Part shown: piece after piece, positions 12,595 to 25,618 of the stretch
Layout of the letters: every line of letters begins with the position of its first letter
How positions within the stretch are numbered: the first letter of the stretch is position 1
From: Auanema rhodensis
Lineage: Eukaryota > Animalia > Nematoda
Length of the DNA: 64,000 nt
Direction: 5' to 3'
Assembly (NCBI GenBank): GCA_964057225.1
Contig: OZ059900.1
Coordinates: 4,774,001 to 4,838,000 of the forward strand
Made by a program: the position numbers and the translations under genes
Notes under the pieces: model-generated
Told to the model about the DNA's origin: nothing
Database searches by the model: none
What the model saw: the letters and a program-made list of their open reading frames with translations, nothing else

Positions 12595-15500
12595 TCTAGA
12601 CTAATATAACCATGGGGACTTCATCAAATTTCACAGTATTCTTCTATCTTTAACGGTATCCGAGTTACAAATCAAGATCACTTTCTTTGGATACTTAGGT
12701 GGTATGGCTACCTGTTCACAAAAAATTGGAAGTCCTGGTTACCATGCATCAAACCCATTAAGATTGTGTTTCTAGACTAATATGACCATGGGAAATTCAT
12801 TTAAGTTCACAGTATTCTTCTATCTTTAACGGTATCCGAGTTACAAATCAAGATCACTTTCTTTGGATACTTAGGTGGTACAGCTACCTGTTCACAAAAA
12901 ATTGGAAGTCCTGGTTACCATGCATCAAACCCATTAAGATTGTGTTTCTAGACTAATATGACCATTGGAAATTCATTTAAGTTCACAGTATTCTTCTATC
13001 TTTAACGGTATCCGAGTTACAAATCAAGATCACTTTCTTTGGATACTTAGGTGGTATAGCTACCTGTTCACAAAAAATTGGAAGTCCTGGTTACCATGCA
13101 TCAAACCCATTAAGATTGTGTTTCTAGACTAATATGACCATGGGAAATTTATTTAACTTCACAGTATTCTTTTATCTTCAACGGTATCCGAGTTACAAAT
13201 CAAGATCACTTTCTTTGGATACTTATGTGGTATAGCTACCTGTTCACAAAAAATTGGAAGTCTTGGTTACCATGCATCAAACCCATTAAGATTGTGTTTC
13301 TAGACTAATATGACCATGGGAAATTTATTTAAGTTCACAGTATTCTTTTATCTTCAACGGTATCCGAGTTACAAATCAAGATCACTTTCTTTGGATACTT
13401 ATGTGGTATAGCTACCTGTTCACAAAAAATTGGAAGTCCTGGTTACCATGCATCAAACCCATTAAAATTGTGTTTCTAGACTAATATGACCATGGGAAAT
13501 TCATTTAAGTTTACAGTATTCTTCTATCTTTAACGGTATCCGAGTAACAAATCAAGATCACTTTCTTTGGATACTTAGGTGGTATAGCTACCTGTTCACA
13601 AAAAATTGGAAGTCCTGGTTACCATGCATCAAACCCATTAAGATTGTGTTTCTAGACTAATATAACCATGGGGACTTCATCAAATTTCACAGTATTCTTC
13701 TATCTTCAACGGTATCCGAGTTACAAATCAAGATCACTTTCTTTGGATACTTAGGTGGTATAGCTACCTGTTCACAAAAAATTGGAAGTCCTGGTTACCA
13801 TGCATCAAACCCATTAAGATTGTGTTTCTAGACTAATATGACCATGGGAAATTCATTTAAGTTCACAGTATTCTTTTATCTTTAACGGTATCCGAGTTAC
13901 AAATCAAGATCACTTTCTTTGGATACTTAGGTGGTATAGCTACCTGTTCACAAAAAATTGGAAGTCCTGGTTACCTTGCATCAAACCCATTAAGATTGTG
14001 TTTCTAGACTAATATGACCATGGGAAATTCATTTAAGTTCACAGTATTCTTTTATCTTTAACGGTATCCGAGTTACAAATCAAGATCACTTTCTTTGGAT
14101 ACTTAGGTGGTATAGCTACCTGTTCACAAAAAATTGGAAGTCCTGGTTACCTTGCATCAAACCCATTAAGATTGTGTTTCTAGACTAATATGACCATGGG
14201 AAATTCATTTAAGTTCACAGTATTCTTCTATCTTTAACGGTATCCGAGTTACAAATCAAGATCACTTTCTTTGGATACTTAGGTGGTATAGCTACCTGTT
14301 CACAAAAAATTGGAAGTCCTGGTTACCATGCATCAAACCCATTAAGATTGTGTTTCTAGACTAATATGACCATGGGAAATTTATTTAAGTTCACAGTATT
14401 CTTTTATCTTCAACGGTATCCGAGTTACAAATCAAGATCACTTTCTTTGGATACTTATGTGGTATAGCTACCTGTTCACAAAAAATTGGAAGTCTTGGTT
14501 ACCATGCATCAAATCCTTTAAGATAGTGTTTCTAGACTAATATAACCATGGGGACTTTATCAAACTTCACAGTATTCTTCTATCTTTAACGGTATCCGAG
14601 TTACAAATCAAGATCACTTTCTTTGGATACTTAGGTGGTATAGCTACCTGTTCACAAAAAATTGGAAGTCCTGGTTACCATGCATCAAACCCATTAAGAT
14701 TGTGTTTCTAGACTAATATGACCATGGGAAATTCATTTAAGTTCACAGTATTCTTCTATCTTTAACGGTATCCGAGTTACAAATCAAGATCACTTTCTTT
14801 GGATACTTAGGTGGTATAGCTACCTGTTCACAAAAAATTGGAAGTCCTGGTTACCATGCATCAAACCCATTAAAATTGTGTTTCTAGACTAATATGACCA
14901 TGGGAAATTTATTTAAGTTCACAGTATTCTTTTATCTTCAACGGTATCCGAGTTACAAATCAAGATCACTTTCTTTGGATACTTAGGTGGTATAGCTACC
15001 TGTTCACAAAAAATTGGAAGTCCTGGTTACCATGCATCAAACCCATTAAGATTGTGTTTCTAGACTACTATGACCATGGGAAATTCATTTAAGTTCACAG
15101 TATTCTTCTATCTTTAACGGTATCCGAGTTACAAATCAAGATCACTTTCTTTGGATACTTAGGTGGTATAGCTACCTGTTCACAAAAAATTGGAAGTCCT
15201 GGTTACCATGCATCAAACCCATTAAGATTGTGTTTCTAGACTAATATGACCATGGGAAATTCATTTAAGTTCACAGTATTCTTCTATCTTTAACGGTATC
15301 CGAGTTACAAATCAAGATCACTTTCTTTGGATACTTAGGTGGTATAGCTACCTGTTCACAAAAAATTGGAAGTCCTGGTTACCATGCATCAAACCCATTA
15401 AGATTGTGTTTCTAGACTAATATGACCATGGGAAATTTAATTAAGTTCACAGTATTCTTTTATCTTCAACGGTATCCGAGTTACAAATCAAGATCACTTT

Positions 15501-17329
15501 CTTTGGATACTTATGTGGCATAGCTACCTGTTCACAAAAAATTGGAAGTCTTGGTTACCATGCATCAAATCCTTTGAGATAGTGTTTCTAGACTAATATA
15601 ACCATGGGGACTTCATCAAATTTCACAGTATTCTTCTATCTTCAACGGTATCCGAGTTACAAATCAAGATCACTTTCTTTGGATACTTAGGTGGTATAGC
15701 TACCTGTTCACAAAAAATTGGAAGTCCTGGTTACCATGCATCAAACCCATTAAAATTGTGTTTCTAGACTAATATGACCATGGGAAATTCATTTAAGTTT
15801 ACAGTATTCTTCTATCTTTAACGGTATCCGAGTAACAAATCAAGATCACTTTCTTTGGATACTTAGGTGGTATAGCTACCTGTTCACAAAAAATTGGAAG
15901 TCCTGGTTACCATGCATCAAACCCATTAAGATTGTGTTTCTAGACTAATATAACCATGGGGACTTCATCAAATTTCACAGTATTCTTCTATCTTCAACGG
16001 TATCCGAGTTACAAATCAAGATCACTTTCTTTGGATACTTAGGTGGTATAGCTACCTGTTCACAAAAAATTGGAAGTCCTGGTTACCATGCATCAAACCC
16101 ATTAAAATTGTGTTTCTAGACTAATATGACCATGGGAAATTTATTTAAGTTCACAGTATTCTTTTATCTTCAACGGTATCCGAGTTACAAATCAAGATCA
16201 CTTTCTTTGGATACTTAGGTGGTATAGCTACCTGTTCACAAAAAATTGGAAGTCCTGGTTACCATGCATCAAACCCATTAAGATTGTGTTTCTAGACTAA
16301 TATGACCATGGGAAATTCATTTAAGTTCACAGTATTCTTCTATCTTTAACGGTATCCGAGTTACAAATCAAGATCACTTTCTTTGGATACTTAGGTGGTA
16401 TAGCTACCTGTTCACAAAAAATTGGAAGTCTTGGTTACCATGCATCAAATCCTTTAAGATAGTGTTTCTAGACTAATATGACCATGGGAAATTTATTTAA
16501 GTTCACAGTATTCTTTTATCTTTAACGGTATCCGAGTTACAAATCAAGATCACTTTCTTTGGATACTTAGGTGGTATAGCTACCTGTTCACAAAAAATTG
16601 GAAGTCCTGGTTACCATGCATCAAACCCATTAAGATTGTGTTTCTAGACTAATATGACCATGGGAAATTTATTTAAGTTCACAGTATTCTTTTATCTTCA
16701 ACGGTATCCGAGTTACAAATCAAGATCACTTTCTTTGGATACTTATGTGGTATAGCTACCTGTTCACAAAAAATTGGAAGTCTTGGTTACCATGCATCAA
16801 ATCCTTTAAGATAGTGTTTCTAGACTAATATAACCATGGGGACTTTATCAAACTTCACAGTATTCTTCTATCTTTAACGGTATCCGAGTTACAAATCAAG
16901 ATCACTTTCTTTGGATACTTAGGTGGTATAGCTACCTGTTCACAAAAAATTGGAAGTCCTGGTTACCATGCATCAAACCCATTAAGATTGTGTTTCTAGA
17001 CTAATATGACCATGGGAAATTCATTTAAGTTCACAGTATTCTTCTATCTTTAACGGTATCCGAGTTACAAATCAAGATCACTTTCTTTGGATACTTAGGT
17101 GGTATAGCTACCTGTTCACAAAAAATTGGAAGTCCTGGTTACCATGCATCAAACCCATTAAAATTGTGTTTCTAGACTAATATGACCATGGGAAATTCAT
17201 TTAAGTTTACAGTATTCTTCTATCTTTAACGGTATCCGAGTAACAAATCAAGATCACTTTCTTTGGATACTTAGGTGGTATAGCTACCTGTTCACAAAAA
17301 ATTGGAAGTCTTGGTTACCATGCATCAAA

Positions 17330-20300
17330 CACAATACGATAGTGTTTCTAGACTAATATGACCATGGGGACTTCATTAAAACTAACAGTATTCTTCTATC
17401 TTCAACGGTATCCGAGTTACAAATCAAGATCACTTTCTTTGGATACTTAGGTGGTATAGCTACCTGTTCACAAAAAATTGGAAGTCCTGGTTACCATGCA
17501 TCAAACCCATTAAGATTGTGTTTCTAGACTAATATGACCATGGGAAATTTATTTAAGTTCACAGTATTCTTTTATCTTCAACGGTATCCGAGTTACAAAT
17601 CAAGATCACTTTCTTTGGATACTTATGTGGTATAGCTACCTGTTCACAAAAAATTGGAAGTCCTGGTTACCATGCATCAAACCCATTAAGATTGTGTTTC
17701 TAGACTAATATGACCATGGGAAATTCATTTAAGTTCACAGTATTCTTTTATCTTCAACGGTATCCGAGTTACAAATCAAGATCACTTTCTTTGGATACTT
17801 AGGTGGTATAGCTACCTGTTCACAAAAAATTGGAAGTCCTGGTTACCATGCATCAAACCCATTAAGATTGTGTTTCTAGACTAATATGACCATGATGACT
17901 TCATTGAAATTCACAGTATTCTTCTATCTTCAACGGTATCCGAGTTACAAATCAAGATCACTTTCTTTGGATACTTAGGTGGTATAGCTACCTGTTCACA
18001 AAAAATTGGAAGTCTTGGTTACCATGCATCAAACCCATTAAGATTGTGTTTCTAGACTAATATGACCATGGGAAATTCATTTAAGTTCACAGTATTCTTT
18101 TATCTTTAACGGTATCCGAGTTACAAATCAAGATCACTTTCTTTGGATACTTAGGTGGTATAGCTACCTGTTCACAAAAAATTGGAAGTCTTGGTTACCA
18201 TGCATCAAACACAATACGATAGTGTTTCTAGACTAATATGACCATGGGGACTTCATTAAAATTAACAGTATTCTTCTATCTTCAACGGTATCCGAGTTAC
18301 AAATCAAGATCACTTTCTTTGGATACTTAGGTGGTATAGCTACCTGTTCACAAAAAATTGGAAGTCCTGGTTACCATGCATCAAACCCATTAAGATTGTG
18401 TTTCTAGACTAATATGACCATGGGAAATTCATTTAAGTTCACAGTATTCTTTTATCTTTAACGGTATCCGAGTTACAAATCAAGATCACTTTCTTTGGAT
18501 ACTTAGGTGGTATAGCTACCTGTTCACAAAAAATTGGAAGTCCTGGTTACCTTGCATCAAACCCATTAAGATTGTGTTTCTAGACTAATATGACCATGGG
18601 AAATTTATTTAAGTTCACAGTATTCTTTTATCTTCAACGGTATCCGAGTTACAAATCAAGATCACTTTCTTTGGATACTTATGTGGTATAGCTACCTGTT
18701 CACAAAAAATTGGAAGTCTTGGTTACCATGCATCAAATCCTTTAAGATAGTGTTTCTAGACTAATATAACCATGGGGACTTCATCAAATTTCACAGTATT
18801 CTTCTATCTTTAACGGTATCCGAGTTACAAATCAAGATCACTTTCTTTGGATACTTAGGTGGTATAGCTACCTGTTCACAAAAAATTGGAAGTCCTGGTT
18901 ACCATGCATCAAACCCATTAAGATTGTGTTTCTAGACTAATATAACCATGGGAAATTTATTTAAGTTCACAGTATTCTTTTATCTTCAACGGTATCCGAG
19001 TTACAAATCAAGATCACTTTCTTTGGATACTTATGTGGTATAGCTACCTGTTCACAAAAAATTGGAAGTCCTGGTTACCATGCATCAAACACAATACGAT
19101 AGTGTTTCTAGACTAATATGACCATGGGGACTTCATTAAAACTAACAGTATTCTTCTATCTTCAACGGTATCCGAGTTACAAATCAAGATCACTTTCTTT
19201 GGATACTTAGGTGGTATAGCTACCTGTTCACAAAAAATTGGAAGTCCTGGTTACCATGCATCAAACCCATTAAGATTGTGTTTCTAGACTAATATGACCA
19301 TGGGAAATTTATTTAAGTTCACAGTATTCTTTTATCTTCAACGGTATCCGAGTTACAAATCAAGATCACTTTCTTTGGATACTTATGTGGTATAGCTACC
19401 TGTTCACAAAAAATTGGAAGTCCTGGTTACCATGCATCAAACCCATTAAGATTGTGTTTCTAGACTAATATGACCATGGGAAATTCATTTAAGTTCACAG
19501 TATTCTTTTATCTTCAACGGTATCCGAGTTACAAATCAAGATCACTTTCTTTGGATACTTAGGTGGTATAGCTACCTGTTCACAAAAAATTGGAAGTCCT
19601 GGTTACCATGCATCAAACCCATTAAGATTGTGTTTCTAGACTAATATGACCATGATGACTTCATTGAAATTCACAGTATTCTTCTATCTTCAACGGTATC
19701 CGAGTTACAAATCAAGATCACTTTCTTTGGATACTTAGGTGGTATAGCTACCTGTTCACAAAAAATTGGAAGTCTTGGTTACCATGCATCAAACCCATTA
19801 AGATTGTGTTTCTAGACTAATATGACCATGGGAAATTCATTTAAGTTCACAGTATTCTTTTATCTTTAACGGTATCCGAGTTACAAATCAAGATCACTTT
19901 CTTTGGATACTTAGGTGGTATAGCTACCTGTTCACAAAAAATTGGAAGTCTTGGTTACCATGCATCAAACACAATACGATAGTGTTTCTAGACTAATATG
20001 ACCATGGGGACTTCATTAAAATTAACAGTATTCTTCTATCTTCAACGGTATCCGAGTTACAAATCAAGATCACTTTCTTTGGATACTTAGGTGGTATAGC
20101 TACCTGTTCACAAAAAATTGGAAGTCCTGGTTACCATGCATCAAACCCATTAAGATTGTGTTTCTAGACTAATATGACCATGGGAAATTCATTTAAGTTC
20201 ACAGTATTCTTTTATCTTTAACGGTATCCGAGTTACAAATCAAGATCACTTTCTTTGGATACTTAGGTGGTATAGCTACCTGTTCACAAAAAATTGGAAG

Positions 20301-20640
20301 TCCTGGTTACCTTGCATCAAACCCATTAAGATTGTGTTTCTAGACTAATATGACCATGGGAAATTTATTTAAGTTCACAGTATTCTTTTATCTTCAACGG
20401 TATCCGAGTTACAAATCAAGATCACTTTCTTTGGATACTTATGTGGTATAGCTACCTGTTCACAAAAAATTGGAAGTCTTGGTTACCATGCATCAAATCC
20501 TTTAAGATAGTGTTTCTAGACTAATATAACCATGGGGACTTCATCAAATTTCACAGTATTCTTCTATCTTTAACGGTATCCGAGTTACAAATCAAGATCA
20601 CTTTCTTTGGATACTTAGGTGGTATAGCTACCTGTTCACA
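17330..20640. repeat. Tandem duplication of a 10-monomer (1760-bp) block
   Basis: ATTAAAACTAAC is at 17382/19142, CATGATGAC at 17891/19651 and ACCTTGC at 18551/20311. All offsets are 1760 bp. Confidence 0.9.
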
Positions 20641-23600
20641 AAAAATTCGAAGTCCTGGTTACCATGCATCAAACCCATTAAGATAGTGTTTCTAGACTAA
20701 TATAACCATGGGGACTTCATTAAATTTCACAGTATTCTTCTATCTTCAACGGTATCCGAGTTACAAATCAAGATCACTTTCTTTGGATACTTAGGTGGTA
20801 TAGCTACCTGTTCACAAAAAATTGGAAGTCCTGGTTACCATGCATCAAACCCATTAAGATTGTGTTTCTAGACTAATATAACCATGGGAAATTCATTTAA
20901 GTTCACAGTATTCTTCTATCTTTAACGGTATCCGAGTTACAAATCAAGATCTCTTTCTTTGGATACTTAGGTGGTATAGCTACCTGTTCACAAAAAATTG
21001 GAAGTCCTGGTTACCATGCATCAAACCCATTAAGATTGTGTTTCTAGACTAATATGACCATGGGAAATTCATTCAAGTTCACAGTATTCTTCTATCTTTA
21101 ACGGTATCCGAGTTACAAATCAAGATCACTTTCTTTGGATACTTATGTGGTATAGCTACCTGTTCACAAAAAATTGGAAGTCTTGGTTACCATGCATCAA
21201 ATCCTTTAAGATAGTGTTTCTAGACTAATATAACCATGGGGACTTCATCAAATTTCACAGTATTCTTCTATCTTTAACGGTATCCGAGTTACAAATCAAG
21301 ATCACTTTCTTTGGATACTTAGGTGGTATAGCTACCTGTTCACAAAAAGTTGGAAGTCCTGGTTACCATGCATCAAACCCATTAAGATTGTGTTTCTAGA
21401 CTAATATGACCATGGGAAATTCATTTAAGTTCACAGTATTCTTCTATCTTTAACGGTATCCGAGTTACAAATCAAGATCACTTTCTTTGGATACTTAGGT
21501 GGTATAGCTACCTGTTCACAAAAAATTGGAAGTCCTGGTTACCATGCATCAAACCCATTAAGATTGTGTTTCTAGACTAATATGACCATGGGAAATTTAT
21601 TTAAGTTCACAGTATTCTTTTATCTTCAACGGTATCCGAGTTACAAATCAAGATCACTTTCTTTGGATACTTATGTGGTATAGCTACCTGTTCACAAAAA
21701 ATTGGAAGTCTTGGTTACCATGCATCAAATCCTTTAAGATAGTGTTTCTAGACTAATATAACCATGGGGACTTCATCAAATTTCACAGTATTCTTCTATC
21801 TTTAACGGTATCCGAGTTACAAATCAAGATCACTTTCTTTGGATACTTAGGTGGTATAGCTACCTGTTCACAAAAAATTGGAAGTCTTGGTTACCATGCA
21901 TCAAATCCTTTAAGATAGTGTTTCTAGACTAATATAACCATAGGGACTTCATTAAATTTCACAGTATTCTTCTATCTTCAACGGTATCCGAGTTACAAAT
22001 CAAGATCACTTTCTTTGGATACTTAGGTGGTATAGCTACCTGTTCACAAAAAATTCGAAGTCCTGGTTACCATGCATCAAACCCATTAAGATTGTGTTTC
22101 TAGACTAATATAACCATGGGAAATTCATTTAAGTTCACAGTATTCTTCTATCTTTAACGGTATCCGAGTTACAAATCAAGATCACTTTCTTTGGATACTT
22201 AGGTGGTATAGCTACCTGTTCACAAAAAATTGGAAGTCCTGGTTACCTTGCATCAAACCCATTAAGATTGTGTTTCTAGACTAATATGACCATGGGAAAT
22301 TCATTTAAGTTCACAGTATTCTTTTATCTTTAACGGTATCCGAGTTACAAATCAAGATCACTTTCTTTGGATACTTAGGTGGTATAGCTACCTGTTCACA
22401 AAAAATTGGAAGTCCTGGTTACCATGCATCAAACCCATTAAGATTGTGTTTCTAGACTAATATGACCATGATGACTTCATTGAAATTCACAGTATTCTTC
22501 TATCTTCAACGGTATCCGAGTTACAAATCAAGATCACTTTCTTTGGATACTTAGGTGGTATAGCTACCTGTTCACAAAAAATTGGAAGTCCTGGTTACCA
22601 TGCATCAAACCCATTAAGATTGTGTTTCTAGACTAATATGACCATGGGAAATTCATTTAAGTTCACAGTATTCTTCTATCTTTAACGGTATCCGAGTTAC
22701 AAATCAAGATCACTTTCTTTGGATACTTAGGTGGTATAGCTACCTGTTCACAAAAAATTGGAAGTCTTGGTTACCATGCATCAAACACAATACGATAGTG
22801 TTTCTAGACTAATATGACCATGAGAAATTCATTTAAGTTTACAGTATTCTTCTATCTTTAACGGTATCCGAGTTACAAATCAAGATCACTTTCTTTGGAT
22901 ACTTAGGTGGTATAGCTACCTGTTCACAAAAAATTGGAAGTCTTGGTTACCATGCATCAAACACAATACGATAGTGTTTCTAGACTAATATGACCATGGG
23001 AAATTCATTTAAGTTCACAGTATTCTTTTATCTTTAACGGTATCCGAGTTACAAATCAAGATCACTTTCTTTGGATACTTAGGTGGTATAGCTACCTGTT
23101 CACAAAAAATTGGAAGTCTTGGTTACCATGCATCAAATCCTTTGAGATAGTGTTTCTAGACTAATATAACCATGGGGACTTCATCAAATTTCACAGTATT
23201 CTTCTATCTTCAACGGTATCCGAGTTACAAATCAAGATCACTTTCTTTGGATACTTAGGTGGTATAGCTACCTGTTCACAAAAAATTGGAAGTCCTGGTT
23301 ACCATGCATCAAACCCATTAAAATTGTGTTTCTAGACTAATATGACCATGGGAAATTCATTTAAGTTTACAGTATGCTTCTATCTTTAACGGTATCCGAG
23401 TAACAAATCAAGATCACTTTCTTTGGATACTTAGGTGGTATAGCTACCTGTTCACAAAAAATTGGAAGTTTTGGTTACCATGCATCAAATCCTTTAAGAT
23501 AGTGTTTCTAGACTACTATAACCATGGGGACTTCTTCAAATTTTACAGTATTCTTCTATCTTTAACGGTATCCGAGTTACAAATCAAGATCACTTTCTTT

Positions 23601-25618
23601 GGATACTTAGGTGGTATAGCTACCTGTTCACAAAAAATTGGAAGTCCTGGTTACCATGCATCAAACCCATTAAAATTGTGTTTCTAGACTAATATGACCA
23701 TGGGAAATTTATTTAAGTTCACAGTATTCTTTTATCTTCAACGGTATCCCAGTTACAAATCAAGATCACTTTCTTTGGATACTTATGTGGTATAGCTACC
23801 TGTTCACAAAAAATTGGAAGTCTTGGTTACCATGCATCAAATCCTTTAAGATAGTGTTTCTAGACTAATATAACCATGGGCATTTCATCAAATTTCACAG
23901 TATTCTTCTATCTTTAACGGTATCCGAGTTACAAATCAAGATCACTTTCTTTGGATACTTAGGTGGTATAGCTACCTGTTCACAAAAAATTGGAAGTCCT
24001 GGTTACCATGCATCAAACCCATTAAGATTGTGTTTCTAGACTAATATAACCATGGGAAATTCATTTAAGTTCACAGTATTCTTCTATCTTTAACGGTATC
24101 CGAGTTACAAATCAAGATCACTTTCTTTGGATACTTAGGTGGTATAGCTACCTGTTCACAAAAAATTGGAAGTCTTGGTTACCATGCATCAAATCCTTTA
24201 AGATTGTGTTTCTAGACTAATATGACTATGGGAAATTCATTTAAGTTCACAGTATTCTTCTATCTTTAACGGTATCCGAGTTACAAATCAAGATCACTTT
24301 CTTTGGATACTTAGGTGGTATAGCTACCTGTTCACAAAAAATTGGAAGTCTTGGTTACCATGCATCAAACACAATACGATAGTGTTTCTAGACTAATATG
24401 ACCATGAGAAATTCATTTAAGTTTACAGTATTCTTCTATCTTTAACGGTATCCGAGTTACAAATCAAGATCACTTTCTTTGGATACTTAGGTGGTATAGC
24501 TACCTGTTCACAAAAAATTGGAAGTCTTGGTTACCATGCATCAAACCCATTAAGATTGTGTTTCTAGACTAATATGACCATGGGAAATTCATTTAAGTTC
24601 ACAGTATTCTTTTATCTTTAACGGTATCCGAGTTACAAATCAAGATCACTTTCTTTGGATACTTAGGTGGTATAGCTACCTGTTCACAAAAAATTGGAAG
24701 TCCTGGTTACCATGCATCAAACCCATTAAAATTGTGTTTCTAGACTAATATGACCATGGGAAATTTATTTAAGTTCACAGTATTCTTTTATCTTCAACGG
24801 TATCCGAGTTACAAATCAAGATCACTTTCTTTGGATACTTATGTGGTATAGCTACCTGTTCACAAAAAATTGGAAGTCTTGGTTACCATGCATCAAATCC
24901 TTTAAGATAGTGTTTCTAGACTAATATAACCATGGGGACTTCATCAAATTTCACAGTATTCTTCTATCTTTAACGGTATCCGAGTTACAAATCAAGATCA
25001 CTTTCTTTGGATACTTAGGTGGTATAGCTACCTGTTCACAAAAAATTGGAAGTCCTGGTTACCATGCATCAAACCCATTAAAATTGTGTTTCTAGACTAA
25101 TATGACCATGGGAAATTTATTTAAGTTCACAGTATTCTTTTATCTTCAACGGTATCCGAGTTACAAATCAAGATCACTTTCTTTGGATACTTATGTGGTA
25201 TAGCTACCTGTTCACAAAAAATTGGAAGTCTTGGTTACCATGCATCAAATCCTTTAAGATTGTGTTTCTAGACTAATATGACCATGGGAAATTCATTTAA
25301 GTTCACAGTATTCTTCTATCTCTAACGGTATCCGAGTTACAAATCAAGATCACTTTCTTTGGATACTTAGGTGGTATAGCTACCTGTTCACAAAAAATTG
25401 GAAGTCTTGGTTACCATGCATCAAACACAATACGATAGTGTTTCTAGACTAATATGACCATGAGAAATTCATTTAAGTTTACAGTATTCTTCTATCTTTA
25501 ACGGTATCCGAGTTACAAATCAAGATCACTTTCTTTGGATACTTAGGTGGTATAGCTACCTGTTCACAAAAAATTGGAAGTCTTGGTTACCATGCATCAA
25601 ACCCATTAAGATTGTGTT

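Noticed and set aside
23502-23687. 61-aa ORF
   Set aside because: It spans one monomer from a GTG and is open only because the consensus TAA became TAC (23516) in a C-type monomer. 176 is not a multiple of 3 and there is no gene context.
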